Source of the DNA: Octopus sinensis
Lineage: Eukaryota
Direction of reading: 5' to 3'
Length of the DNA: 64,000 bases
Assembly (NCBI RefSeq): GCF_006345805.1
Contig: NC_043001.1
Location: 66,092,001-66,156,000 of the forward strand
The notes under the pieces were generated by a model. That model saw only the letters and a program-made list of their open reading frames with translations. It ran no database searches and was not told the origin of the DNA. Position 1 is the first letter of the stretch; each line of letters begins with the position of its first letter. The position numbers were made by a program, and so were the translations under genes. This document shows positions 11,313 through 24,834 of this stretch, one piece after another.

Positions 11313-12462
11313 TACGAGCGTTCATAGGCTGACCAAGATACTCTCATGGAATGTAACTGAATGAGCTTTATTTTTCAACATAGTCCCCCTTTCGGTTCAC
11401 ACACTTCTTCAATAGGTGTTACAGTGTTTAGATCTCACTGGAAGAAACTTTCATCTTTTTCGTCAAAAAAGTCATCAGCAGTAGATATGACATCATCACA
11501 TCGATGCTGGTTCCCAGCCAAAAGTTTTTTCATATTGGGGAATAGATGATGGTCACAAATCATAAGAGTAGGGAGAATAACCACAGTCACGCACAGCAGC
11601 CATTGAAATGAAGGACTTATGCGCTGGAGCATTCTTCTGATGAAACAAGAACCCTTGCATCAGTTTTACTGAGTGTTTGATCTTGATAGCCTTTTGTAAC
11701 TACCTTAGCAAGTTTGCATAGTACTCTCCATTGATTGTGTGGCCCTTCTAAAAACATTCAATAAACACAAGACCTTTTGCATCCCAAAAAACTGGGGCCA
11801 TTACATTCCCTGGAAAGGAAACAACCTTTGCCTTCTTTGGAGCAGGTGAGGAGAGGTGTTTCCATTGCATGGAATGTCTTTTTGTCACTGGTTCAAAGTG
11901 ATGAACCCAACACTCAACCTGGGTTAGGAAACATTCAAGGAAACCAGCTGGATCTGCCTCAAACAATGTCAGCGCTTTTGATCAGATGTCACAAAACGTA
12001 ACACCCACCGAGCAGAAAACTTCGTTATGCCAAGTTCCTTGTGCAGAATATTCTCAACTCTCTTACAGAATATGCTAATAGCATTCGTTATTTGATTTAT
12101 AGTCAGACATCTTCTAGGCTCTCCCTTCCCATTCTAAATTCAGCTACCCACTTTTGAATTGTTGATGAAGCTGGAGCATCACCCTAATGTAGCAACCATG
12201 TCAGCGTGAATGCCCTTAGGTCTAAACTTTAGATTCTAAAACCTTTTTCTGCAGTTACTTAATAACACCACGATGCCAAATTTTGTCGAATTTCAAGATA
12301 TGTCGCTACTAATTACTTTTAAAGTGTGGTCTGAACAGTTAGATGTTAGTTTACCTGGAATGAAATAATGCAAGAAGGGTTGAAATTAATGCATACAAGA
12401 TTTCAGAGCTCCAGCGTCACTTCGTCATAGTCATCCTATGCACTTTTCAGCCTACCCTCGCA
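11313..12462 (-). mobile_element. Degenerate mariner (DD34D) transposon
   Basis: WVHHFEPVTKRHSMQWKH..SPAPKKAK...VFWDAKG; DHHLFPNMKKLLAG; partial TIRs TTCATAGGCTGAC / GTCATCCTATGCA...CCCTCG. Confidence 0.85.
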
Positions 12463-12943
12463 ACTAAACCTTATTATAAGGAGGTAGCTTGAACATGCCA
12501 CCCGGTTTCTCACCAACACCTATCTTCTGAATACATTTGACAGTGTTTATTTTTTTGCAAACATTCGGCACAGACCTGTAGATCGAACTTATTATTCTCT
12601 CCATTCAGCACATTATTTCAATCAACATCTGATGTGAGAAATATATAAATATGTAAAATCAAGATAATAGATCCCAATGTCTATAGGCCTAAACACCTGT
12701 ATTAATTGTTGCAATGAGTATACTGATGTTGTTGTTGTTATGGTTGTAGTGAGATATATAAATGAGATGTTATTTAATATTTGATATATATTTTAGAGAC
12801 TAAATCAATAACCTGCTAATGAAATTCTTCTAAAATATACAAGAACACTTAATTATCTCAGATTTTATATCTAATTTATGACAGCTGTTCCTTTAGCATT
12901 TCCATTTTTATATGCATAAATATAAACATATATTAATATTTAT

Positions 12944-12992
<49 letters not shown>

Positions 12993-13130
12993 GTACTTTT
13001 TGTTATACACGTTTCGTGACGTCCTGTGCCCGCAATTGCATATATATTATTTATATTATTATTATATATATACATGCATATATATATGCATACATACATA
13101 CATACATACATGCATACATACATACATACA

Positions 13131-13166
<36 letters not shown>

Positions 13167-13203
13167 TATATATGTATGCATATATATATATATATATACA
13201 TGC

Positions 13204-13234
<31 letters not shown>

Positions 13235-13245
13235 TATATACATGC

Positions 13246-13298
<53 letters not shown>

Positions 13299-14041
13299 CT
13301 GTTTTGTTTCTGTGTGTCATATCATAACATTCCTTTAGCGGTGAGAAGTAGATTAAATCAGCAGTAGAGGGCAATGTTCAAGTCAAAACGACGGATAAAA
13401 TCTCAGATATAATTATGCAAATGTTTTCTGGTTTATTTAACTTGCAGCTACGAGACTCCATGTAGGAATAATTAGTTCATAAACATGTCTGTGTGTCTAA
13501 CAGGAGACAGTGTTCAGACGCAAGGAACTTGTTAAGTAGGTAAATGACAGAAATGTGAATCGCCTCAAGCGTTTAATTTATTGATCTCTGATCTCCTTTA
13601 CATACTAACAATGTATGTCCATAATTATCTGAATTTACTGATGCGCCTGTTATTTCATGTTACAGCTAAAATATTCGATTTACTTAAAACAACAAAAAAA
13701 ATACTGAGTAAAAATGCTTTGTTATTAAATATTTACCGAATAAATGAAGATTCGGAATTTGTTTCATAATTAAGACATTTTATTTTCGTTTTATGTTGAA
13801 GCCGTTTAACTTTATTCATATACGTATAATATACCACAAACACTAGCAGGCCAACAATCATATCTCCACATCGGCAACAAAAGCTAAGAGCTAAGATTTG
13901 CCACTTGGCAGTTTCCAATAAATTATATCCCTCTACTTTCAACATCGTATGCACACTTTTCTCTTCCTTCCTTATGTCTAAGTATATACATATGTGTGTG
14001 TATACATATATATATATATATACACATATAGTGTATATACT

Positions 14042-14102
<61 letters not shown>

Positions 14103-14105
<3 letters not shown>

Positions 14106-15240
14106 GTGAAATAGAAAGATGAATAATCTTGTTGCAGATTAATCAAAAGTTTAACCGATACCTTGGTAGCAAAAATCACAGCAGAAGAAAGCACGGTTGG
14201 AGGTACAACCATATGGTGTTGCAACCGTACGTTGGTGCGGATAATTGAATTTTAATATTATTAGTGAATTGAAGAAATGGAGTTGAACGAAGATTGAACA
14301 GAAATCCTTTTATTGCATTCTACACGTGTTTCGAAAGCCACAATTTACCAAATTCCGATTGAATAAGGAGACCATATTGTGTCTTTCTCTTCAGGAAGAA
14401 ATAGGAATTCCGTTGGCAGAACAAAAACAGAACAGAGGCGCAGCAAAACAAATCGAACGAGGAGGCTCCTAAGAGCCCATGGCCAAACTGTTTATCAATG
14501 TATGTTGAAATCGGGTGGTGGGCGCGTTGAAGATATTTACAGGTCAGGCAGCGGTCAATCCGGTGGGTGAGAGCATGGGGTGCGTAGATGTTCTTTGTGA
14601 CCGAGACTAAGGTTCTGACTATTTTAAGAATATTAGGTGTATTATATGGGGCGAGGGAAAATCTACTTAGAAACATGTGTGTGCGAACTGTTCTATATGT
14701 GCGCGGCCGTAAGTTGGTAAAAAGCGCTACACAATGGTCACTGCTGAAAAATCCGTCAGGCGGCAGAGAATATTTTATGTGTTCGAGTGTTCGCATAATC
14801 GCGCGGCCGTAAGTTGGTAAAAAGCGCTACACAATGGTCACTGCTGAAAAATCTGTCAGGCGGCAGAAAATATTTTATGTGTTCGTGTGTTCGTCTAATC
14901 ATGCTTTGTCAAAAAAAACCTCACGTCGTCAAAACAAAACACCATTCGCCTAATGGGAGTAATTCCCCTTGCAAGGGTTAATCATATCTCTCTTAAAAAG
15001 CTTTTTCAAAAAATTATTTCCAAGGGCTATTTTCATATAAGTAGGGTAACCGGGTGCAGGTATCATTTGTAAGCGTCATTTATAAGCAAGATAAGTAAAA
15101 CGCCGCCAATGGGGGCATCGAAAAGCCGACTGCAAAAGTCCGTTTACCATCCGGTCTCTGGCGAACAATATATGGAAAAGCTCAGAGACACAAAGGTTGC
15201 ACTTCCTTCTGCCCCTATCAAATGGGAGGGCCACCGACAA
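14103..15240 (-). mobile_element. Naiad-type PLE 3' end (GIY-YIG C-terminus, UTR, pLTR)
   Basis: 15076-15240 encodes ILSVALPFDRGRRKCNLCVSELFHILFAR...RCPHWRR; terminus homologous to 7685-7985; 100-bp tandem duplication at 14701-14900; (TA)n flanks. Confidence 0.88.
14318..14397 (-). ncRNA. Type I hammerhead ribozyme with extended helix II
   Basis: Minus strand ttc-CTGAAGA-GAAAGACACAAT...ATTGTGGCTTTC-GAAAC-ACGT-GTA-gaa; homologous to 7693-7778. Confidence 0.85.
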
Positions 15241-15264
15241 AATATATATATATATATACATATA

Positions 15265-16005
15265 TAATGGAACAAAATCGCAATAGAGGACAATAAAACA
15301 AGCGGACAGATAGACGAAACAAAGGCGGACATGAGAAACAACAATTAGAAGGACAGGCAAAAAAAGACGGGTCATTCGTCGCCTTCTTTCTTCAGTCAAG
15401 TTGCCAGTAGTCCTTACTGAGACAGTTCGATGTGGTTGCCCCCACCCCCAAGTCTAAGCTAAGAGCATTAGACTTTTTTGTAATAATGCTAGCATATGTG
15501 TATGGCAACAAATACAAAAAATGGTAAATGTGGTACACAATTACAAATACAAGCAAGAAAATAACAGGTGTCTTTCGAATGTGAACGGATCAAATTGAGC
15601 TGGCGTGTATGAAGTGAACGCCTAAAGGCAGGGACATAGGAGAGGTGTTGGCGGTCGGCAAGTCGGCAGTCAGGCCAAGAAAGAAAGATCATGCCTGGCT
15701 GGACACCGGTCACGTGGAAGGAGAGAAGGTAGGGTGCAGTGGGGTTGAAGTATTAGAAAAAATATCAGAGACAAAGAGAAAGGTACAGGAGAGATATACG
15801 AAGGGGAAAATGGAAGTTAAAGAAAGAGAGGACAGAAAAATGTGAGAGAGAGAGGGGAGCAAGAAAAAGAAAAGAGGTAGAAAGTATGAGGGGGATTAAA
15901 AGATAGAGTAAGGGTCGTATAAAATTTTGATAATACCTATTATAAGGTGAGCACAAGTGTGTACATACGCCGCTCTATGTGTATATAAATACTAAAAATG
16001 GAGCA
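15265..16005 (-). repeat. Unclassified (TA)n-flanked repeat, probably a PLE terminal region
   Basis: (TA)n on both sides, purine-skewed body, CTGAAGA on the minus strand at ~15389-15395. No complete ribozyme seen. Confidence 0.35.
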
Positions 16006-16017
16006 TATATATATATA

Positions 16018-16183
16018 TTATCTGTAAAATAATATGTGACAATTATTCAACACCCAAGATAAAACTCAGAGTTTTATCTTGGCTATTGAATAATTGTCAC
16101 ATATTATTTTACAGATAATTTTCTTCTATTTACATAATATTGAGGTCTCTTTCCTTCTTTTGTTATCTTAGCGTTTTTACCCA

Positions 16184-16184
<1 letters not shown>
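16018..16184 (+). mobile_element. Fold-back PLE terminus (hairpin 16018-16118)
   Basis: ~50-bp arms centred on AAAACTC-A-GAGTTTT; same family as 16215-16465. Confidence 0.75.
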
Positions 16185-16216
<32 letters not shown>

Positions 16217-16384
16217 GGAACATGCGCGCTCACGCGAATACTATGAACTTTTTACCCCCTTACTTTTACTCCCTCCCCTCACTTAGTGGTCATTCAAATA
16301 GCTCTTTTGTTTTAATGACGGTCAATCACACAGTAATTTCCCTTTGTATAACGGTAATTTTTCATAGTATTTTTCCGATGCCCG

Positions 16385-16427
16385 GATAACTGAAGGGATC
16401 TCGGCATCCGAAACTCAGAGTTTTATC
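16385..16427 (+). ncRNA. Hammerhead with a 1-nt core deletion, in unit 16215-16465
   Basis: GATAA-CTGAAG(A missing)-GGAT-ctcggc-ATCC-GAAAC-TCAGA-GTT-TTATC. Confidence 0.65.
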
Positions 16428-16501
16428 ATGGCTACCGAATAATTGTCACATATTACATTTACAGATATATGTACATATATATATGTGTGTGTGTGTATAA
16501 T

Positions 16502-16537
<36 letters not shown>

Positions 16538-16615
16538 ACTTACTTGGAAATGGATGCGTGGCGTTCAATGAAGTAATAATATAAATAGTATGTATATATG
16601 TGTGTGTGTGTGTGT

Positions 16616-16683
<68 letters not shown>

Positions 16684-16689
16684 ATATAC

Positions 16690-17330
16690 GGGTACAGGAC
16701 GTCACAAACTGTAAACAATATGAAATACGAAAATAAATGAGTTGAACACAACGATAGGAGCAAAGGGAAAACAAGACAAGTAATATAATGAACGATACTT
16801 CATCAGTTGTCGGGTGTCCATCTACTCCTCAGTTCGAGCATTAAACGACAAAATGAGTCTTCGAAGGCAGTTGCTCCCACAAAAGCCAAAATAAAATTTG
16901 GGATTTATGGAGGGTCAAAGTTGGTAATAAAAACAGGGCAGTGGAGACATACAAGGAAACCAAACGAAAACGAACATGGAGGGTCGTTAGACCAGACGAA
17001 GATAAAACAGCGAACGCTAGAGAAATATTCTCTTTAACAAGAGAAAAGATAGAAGAGGGAGATAGATAGGATACGTGCAGGAAAAGAAAGATGATCACGT
17101 GAGGAAGAGAAAGATGAACGATGGTCACGTGTGAGCAACGAGAGAGAGTAAAGGAGAAAGAGGGAAAGAGAAAGAGACAGATAGAAAACGGTAAATGGGA
17201 GAAAATGAATTAGAGTAAGGATAAGAGAGAACACGATAGGGAAAGAGAACAGTATAGAGTAGAGTCGCATCAAAAATATTAAGATAATCTTACTTGGAAA
17301 TGGACGCGTCGCGTTCAATGAAATAATGAT
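16690..17330 (-). repeat. (AT)n-associated repeat family (terminus GGGTACAGGACGTCAC)
   Basis: Homologous to both arms of 17525-17950; stubs at ~13015-13031 and 18086-18125. Confidence 0.7.
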
Positions 17331-17346
17331 ATAAATAAAATATATA

Positions 17347-17384
<38 letters not shown>

Positions 17385-17417
17385 CATATACACATACATA
17401 CATACATATATATATAT

Positions 17418-17456
<39 letters not shown>

Positions 17457-17524
17457 CATACATACATACATACATACATACATACATACATACATACATA
17501 CATACATACATACATGCATACATA

Positions 17525-18077
<553 letters not shown>

Positions 18078-18131
18078 GCATATATGGGTACAGGAGTCAC
18101 AACCGTAAACAACATAAAATGCGAATATATA

Positions 18132-18163
<32 letters not shown>

Positions 18164-18874
18164 TCAACGGGTGAATGAATTATCCTATGTTTACCGTTAA
18201 CATGGAAAATTCAATGAACCGTTACCAGGGTAGCAAATTCGCTAGGGCAATTACTAATAATTTAGTTAAAAACATTTCACTTAGATTGTCTAAATTATCT
18301 GTTGACATTTTTAACGAAAAGGCAGACTTCTATAACGCCGCCTTGATAAAAGCTGGCTATAAAGAGAAAGTGTCATACATTAATTCTGCTCAATCTAGTC
18401 CTGTATCTGCTTCCCAAGACAAAATATCTAGTTGTAATAGTAAGAGTGATTTTAATTCTAATAGTGTAAGCAGCGCAATACATAATATAAATTCTTTACG
18501 GGTTATTGGGTAAGCGTTATTTAACCGCAAATTTCCACCCAAGAAATTTTTCCCCAACCTTTATAGATAATACCACGTACAATTTAAAAGTCACTAGGAA
18601 AAGTATCTGGTTCGTAATTCCATTTGGAAAACAAATTAAATCGAACCTTCCTTTGCAGTTCTGTGAAGCGGTTGCTAGGAACTTTCCCAAAAAATTCTAG
18701 ATATTATTCGATTATCAACTCCCACAAAGTTAGAGTCGCTTTCTCCAACACTAAGAATCTCTCACAAATTATATCTTCTCACAAAAACAATCTGCTAAAT
18801 AAAGGTTCTTTATCTGGGAGTTCCAACATTCATCATCATCATCAGCATCGAAATCTTGTTAATTCCAGCACCTC

Positions 18875-18877
<3 letters not shown>

Positions 18878-18947
<70 letters not shown>

Positions 18948-19009
18948 GCAATAATAATAGCAATAATAATAGCAATAATAATAGCAATAATAATAGCAAT
19001 AATAATAGC

Positions 19010-19055
<46 letters not shown>

Positions 19056-19143
19056 GCAATAATAATATAATAATAATAATATAGCAATAATAATAGCAAT
19101 AATAATAGCAATAATAATAGCAATAATAATAGCAATAATATAG

Positions 19144-19193
<50 letters not shown>

Positions 19194-19202
19194 GCAATAA
19201 TA

Positions 19203-19234
<32 letters not shown>

Positions 19235-19272
19235 GCATATCAATAATAATAATAATAATAGCAATAATAATA

Positions 19273-19319
<47 letters not shown>

Positions 19320-19519
19320 GCATAATAATAATAATATAATATATATAGCAATAATAATAATAATAATAATAATAGCAATAATATAATAATATAATAATAA
19401 TAGCATATAATAATAATAATAATAGCAATATAATAATAAAATATAATAATAGCAATAAAATAATAATATAATAATAGCAATAATAATAATAATAATAATA
19501 TATAATAGCAATAATAATA

Positions 19520-19554
<35 letters not shown>

Positions 19555-19560
19555 TAATAA
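18878..19560 (+). repeat. Expanded (AAT)n/(AATAATAGC)n microsatellite
   Basis: Direct inspection; it lies at the position of the Asn-rich linker. Confidence 0.95.
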
Positions 19561-20044
19561 TAGCAAATATTCTGCTCAATCCACAGATTTGCTTGTCAGT
19601 TGTTTGACCTTAACCATTTGAGCATGTCCCTTAGTGGCTGACGATATGTGCATCTCTGATCACGAGCAGAAGTAGTGGGGGAGCATCATAGCCATGTGTT
19701 GAGAGGGAGTCTTTGGGGTTTGAATAGTTCACCTCTGGAAACATGGGTGGTTCTTTCAACATCCTTAAACAACCCTTATTCAGGGACCGTTTGAGCGGGA
19801 TGAGCTACTCAACCTGAAGAAAATTCTAACTGGGCCCCACCTGCAAGGTCATGTGCTGTTTATCTTGATATGAGATCACCATGTCGCGCACATATGGTTG
19901 TGATGCATGTGCCTGGTGTACCTTTATCAGACAGGTAGTCATGATGGGTATATTGGGCTTCGTATATTTTACCCCAGTGTCACTTTGATGGCATGAACTG
20001 CTCTCTCACTCAATGATAATAATAATAATAATAAAATAATAATA

Positions 20045-20079
<35 letters not shown>

Positions 20080-20541
20080 CAAATTCTGCTCAATACCACA
20101 GATTTGCTTGTCAGTTGTTTGACCTTAACCAGTTGAGCATGTCCCTTAGTGGCTGACGATATGTGCATCTCTGATCACGAGCAGAAGTAGTGGGGGAGCA
20201 TCATAGCCATGTGTTGAGAGGGAGTCTTTGGGGTTTGAATAGTTCACCTCTGGAAACATGGGTGGTTCTTTCAACATCCTTAAACAACCCTTATTCAGGG
20301 ACCGTTTGAGCGGATGAGCTACTCAACCTGAAGAAAATTCTAACTGGGCCCCACCTGCAAGGTCATGTGCTGTTTATCTTGATATGAGATCACCATGTCG
20401 CGCACATATGGTTGTGATGCATGTGCCTGGTGTACCTTTATCAGACAGGTAGTCATGATGGGTATATTGGGCTTCGTATATTTTACCCCAGTGTCACTTT
20501 GATGGCATGAACTGCTCTCTCACTCAATGATAATAATAATA

Positions 20542-20585
<44 letters not shown>

Positions 20586-21035
20586 GCAAATATTCTGCTC
20601 AATACCACAGATTTGCTTGTCAGTTGTTTGACCATAACCAGTTGAGCATGTCCCTTAGTGGCTGACGATATGTGCATCTCTGATCACGAGCAGAAGTAGT
20701 GGGGGAGCATCATAGCCATGTGTTGAGAGGGAGTCTTTGGGGTTTGAATAGTTCACCTCTGGAAACATGGGTGGTTCTTTCAACATCCTTAAACAACCCT
20801 TATTCAGGGACCGTTTGAGCGGGATGAGCTACTCAACCTGAAGAAAATTCTAACTGGGCCCCACCTGCAAGGTCATGTGCTGTTTATCTTGATATGAGAT
20901 CACCATGTCGCGCACATATGGTTGTGATGCATGTGCCTGGTGTACCTTTATCAGACAGGTAGTCATGATGGGTATATTGGGCTTCGTATATTTTACCCCA
21001 GTGTCACTTTGATGGCATGAACTGCTCTCTCACTC
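19561..21035 (+). repeat. Three tandem ~450-bp copies of an (AAT)n-tailed retroposon 3' end
   Basis: Copies at 19561-20011, 20079-20525 and 20584-21035, separated by (AAT)n; a longer diverged copy is at 37676-38418. Confidence 0.9.
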
Positions 21036-21090
21036 AATGATGATAATAATATAATATAATAATAATAATAATAATAATAGTTAGTAGTAT

Positions 21091-21132
<42 letters not shown>

Positions 21133-21139
21133 ATAATAA

Positions 21140-21188
<49 letters not shown>

Positions 21189-21938
21189 GCAATAAAAACT
21201 TGGTTTCGATCTCTGAGGACAACCCCAACAGAATTAAATTTTTGTCTAATAATTTAAGATCATTTAATTTAAGATTTTGTCTAATAATTTAAGATCAAGA
21301 ATTCTATATACCAGTGCAAAATTTCTTCCGGTACCGATGTCTTCTTCTACATAGGCGCGTCCACTTCCCAGTTATCCAAGAGAATTTCAAATCATTATTC
21401 ATCATTTAGGGATAGCAAAAAACGCCATAGTACAGGGTTAAGTAAATTGGTTTGGCATCTTAAAGACAACAATACAGATTTTAAGTTAGATTGGTTCATC
21501 CTGTCCGTATCCTTTCCTTTCGATAAGGGCAAGAGATTTTGTAACATTTGCAACTCAGAACTCTTCCATATTCTCTTCTCTAAGAATCCCCTTGTAAACA
21601 CACTTATAGAGCGATCGTACAAATGTAAACGCTGGCAGAAACATACATGTTACTCATATAAGTGATTTCGCCAGTCCTTATAGTTTGAACAGTTAGTTTA
21701 ACTTGCACTTCACTTCAATAGAGAAATCTATTTCTGAACCTTTGAACATTTTTCTAATCAACGTATTCCTCCCTCTCTATTTGTTCTCTACTTATTATTC
21801 CTTTGGAATAAAACCATGTTGTCTTCGAAACATATGTCGAAAGTAAAAGAATTTTATAAAATCTTCGTTCAATTCCATTTATTTATTTATTCGTCTAATA
21901 TATATATATATATAGTTAATCCAAACATATATATATAT

Positions 21939-22003
<65 letters not shown>

Positions 22004-22169
22004 CATATAGAAGGCAAAGAAGATAATAATTAACAAACATCAGCCTGCAGACATCCATTCGATCTATTTATTAATTACAATCATATGACCTTGCTATATC
22101 CCCCAGTAAACTGAAACTCATAACCTATGGATATTACCCTGGAATTGACTTCTTAACCATTCCTCACTA

Positions 22170-22585
22170 TTTTTATCTCCACCAAAGAAGGAGATAATGT
22201 TTTCATCGGCGTTGGTTTGTCCGCCTGTCCGTGTGTATGCAAAATAACTCAAAAGGTTGTGAACGGTATTTGATGAAACTTGCAGAAACAGTTGGTAATT
22301 ACACAAGGAACAGATGATGAAATTTTGGTAGTGATCCGGTTATCGATTCTTGAAGGATTTTTCATTTGTTATATTTACTTTACATGAAGTATTACAATGT
22401 TACGCTCTTTGATTATCTCTCTTGAAAACATGATAACGTTGATGGCGAAGTATGTGGTTGAAGTGAAAGCAATGACAATGGTGGTGATTGTAATATGGTG
22501 ATAGTGGTGATGGTGGTGGTCGTCGTCGTAGTGCTGCTCCTGCTGGTTTGGCGGAGGTCTGCTCTCTCCGATTGCTTTTCTAGTT
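22170..22585 (+). mobile_element. Non-autonomous Helentron/HINE (DINE-1-like) element
   Basis: SubTIRs ATCTCCACCAAA (22175) / TTTGGCGGAGGT (22547); short 5' IR GGAGATAA; GTCY-like repeats; ends CTAGTT in a T-rich site. Confidence 0.7.
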
Positions 22586-22899
22586 ATTTTTATTATTTTA
22601 TTATTTTATTTTACTTCCTCACATGTTTGATTTTTACCATTATGGAATCTGACGAAGCTTGGGATTCAATTATTACCCAACCTCTGTTCAACCTTTGTAC
22701 AATTTCTAGGCGTAGGAGTGGCTGTGTGGTAAGTAGCTTGCTTACCAATCACATCGTTCCAGGTTCATTCCCACTACGTAGCACCTTGAGCAAGTGTCTT
22801 CTACTATAGCCTCGGGCCGACCAAAACCTTGTGAGTGAATTTGGTAGACGGAAACTGAAAGAAACCCGTCATATATATGTGTGTATATATATATATATA

Positions 22900-23875
22900 T
22901 ATTTTGTATATTTTAGGTGTTGGTTATTTTTTTACATTGTTTCATTCAATTTTTGATGGTGTTCGTTTTGCCACGTGAAACCCGGGTGGTGGACTAGCGT
23001 TGCTTGGAATGTGAATGGAATAGTGTTTATTGAGGTAGGCATAGAGAATGGATTGGGTTACTGCAAGTTGTTTGTTAGAGATGCTAAGGTGAGTTAAAGC
23101 TCATAAATGTATATAATGTTTTTTGTGGGTGTGTAAGTATTGTTGTATATGTCGAGTTTAGTGAGTATGTATAGGCGTATATGTGAGGGAGTATATGTAT
23201 CTTTTGTGTGTGAGTGTTTTGCGTTGAGTGGTGTTTTGTGTGTGAATGTGTATATGGGTTTGTTATTTAGGTTTTGGGATGTATGTGTTAATTTGTCTGT
23301 GTGGGGAGGGAGTGGGTTTGGTGTATATTGAGGTTTATAAGTTAGTATAGGTATGTGTATAAGTCGTGAGTTTGTGGTTTACGTGTGTGTATTTGTGTGT
23401 GAATGTTAGGTTAGGGGGTTTCTTATAGGTTTGTTATAGAGTTTAGCAAAGGGAGATTTTATCGTTATATGTTTTTAAGAGTTTTTTTTTTATCATGGTT
23501 TTTTTTAGGGAATTCGTGGTAATTAGTCTATATTTTCGATATGGATTATATATACGTTATATATGGATTATATACTTATATTTTTTCATTATACTTTAAT
23601 TATTTAAAAGTATTATTTTTATATTTTAAAATTTTGATTTTTTAGATTGGAAGTCCACCTGAAGATTGTCGATCAAGACAGAAACGATTGTAGTGGCGTT
23701 TTTTTTTACTATTTATTAAATTTTATGTATATTAAGTCTTTCCTTTTTGTTTGTTTTGCAAAATAGTGGTTTTGTCTCAATAATATTTTATAATATTTTA
23801 CTATAAAATTGGATTTAATCCTAAATCTGATTTTTTTCCCTGTAAATTTGATATATTCCCTAATATTTATTATTA
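22900..23875 (+). mobile_element. PLE terminal region with hammerhead
   Basis: 23647-23875 matches 58417-58650; GT-rich upstream body. Confidence 0.7.
23655..23696 (+). ncRNA. Type I hammerhead ribozyme
   Basis: CCAC-CTGAAGA-t-TGTC-gatcaa-GACA-GAAAC-GATT-GTA-GTGG. Confidence 0.82.
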
Positions 23876-24529
23876 TATATATATATATATATATATATAA
23901 TATGTAAAGTGTGTATATGTTTGTGTGTCTGTGTTTGTCCCCCCAACATCGCTTGAAAACCGATGCTGGTATGTTTACGTCCCTGTAATTTAGCGGTTCG
24001 GCAAAAGAGACCGATAGAAAAAGTACTAGGCTTACAAATGAGTCCTGGGGTCGATTTGCTCGGTTAAAGGTGGTGCTCCAGCATGGCCACAGTCACATGA
24101 CTGAAACAAGTAAAAGAGTAAAAGAGTATGATGTGTCAACCTTGGCAGGATGGACCCCCAAAGTAGAAACAGCTGTAAGAGTATGGTATTATTCACTCAT
24201 TTATTCCTATTCATTTATTTACTTTTTTATTTACTTATTTATACATATGATTGTAATTAATAAATAGATCCAATGGATGTTTGTTAATTAATTATATTCT
24301 TCATTTTCTTCTTTGCCTTATAAATTCTTGGTAAATTTCTGTTTAGCCCCTCTCATACCTATTATTTCAATTGCGCTATTGCCTTGCAACAGTAAGCATT
24401 TGGATATAAATACATAGATATACATCCAGTACTATGTTGGAAATTTATTATCCTTTAGATGGTTGCTTAACCTCATATATATGGGGGTCAAACACAAACA
24501 CAGAAGCACATACACACATGTGGAAAGAG

Positions 24530-24660
24530 TGAGAGAAAGTTGTGGCGAAAGAGTCAGTAGAAGTTCGCCATTACCTTTTACCGGAGCCCCGTCTGAGATT
24601 CGAAACCGCGATCCCTCGACCGCGAGTCCGCTGCTCTAAACAATAGACCATGTGCCTCCA
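24530..24660 (-). mobile_element. Internally deleted tRNA-derived SINE
   Basis: Minus-strand head GGAGGCACATGGTCTATTGTTTAGAGCAGCGGACTCGCGG...GGTTTCGAATC resembles tRNA A/B boxes. Confidence 0.55.
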
Positions 24661-24676
24661 CACACACATATATCTA

Positions 24677-24809
<133 letters not shown>

Positions 24810-24834
24810 TTTTGCGTTTTAACTTTTACTTGTT

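Larger units (their letters stand above)
18161..21898 (+). mobile_element. Third Naiad-type PLE: 5'-truncated, inverted terminal piece, interrupted within its Asn-rich linker
   Basis: 18241-18880 parallels the 5048 ORF (NLVKNIS, IWFVIPFGKQI, NSHKVRVAFSN). 21195-21665 encodes GIY-YIG (SIYQC..FYIG..CNICNSE). 18161-18240 is an inverse pLTR terminus. Half-hammerhead GAAACATATGTC at 21827. Confidence 0.85.
22708..24126 (+). mobile_element. tRNA-derived SINE family A split at its internal (TA)n by a hammerhead-bearing insertion
   Basis: 5' half 22708-22870 and 3' half ~23915-24126 match the intact copy at 46020-46468. Confidence 0.85.
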
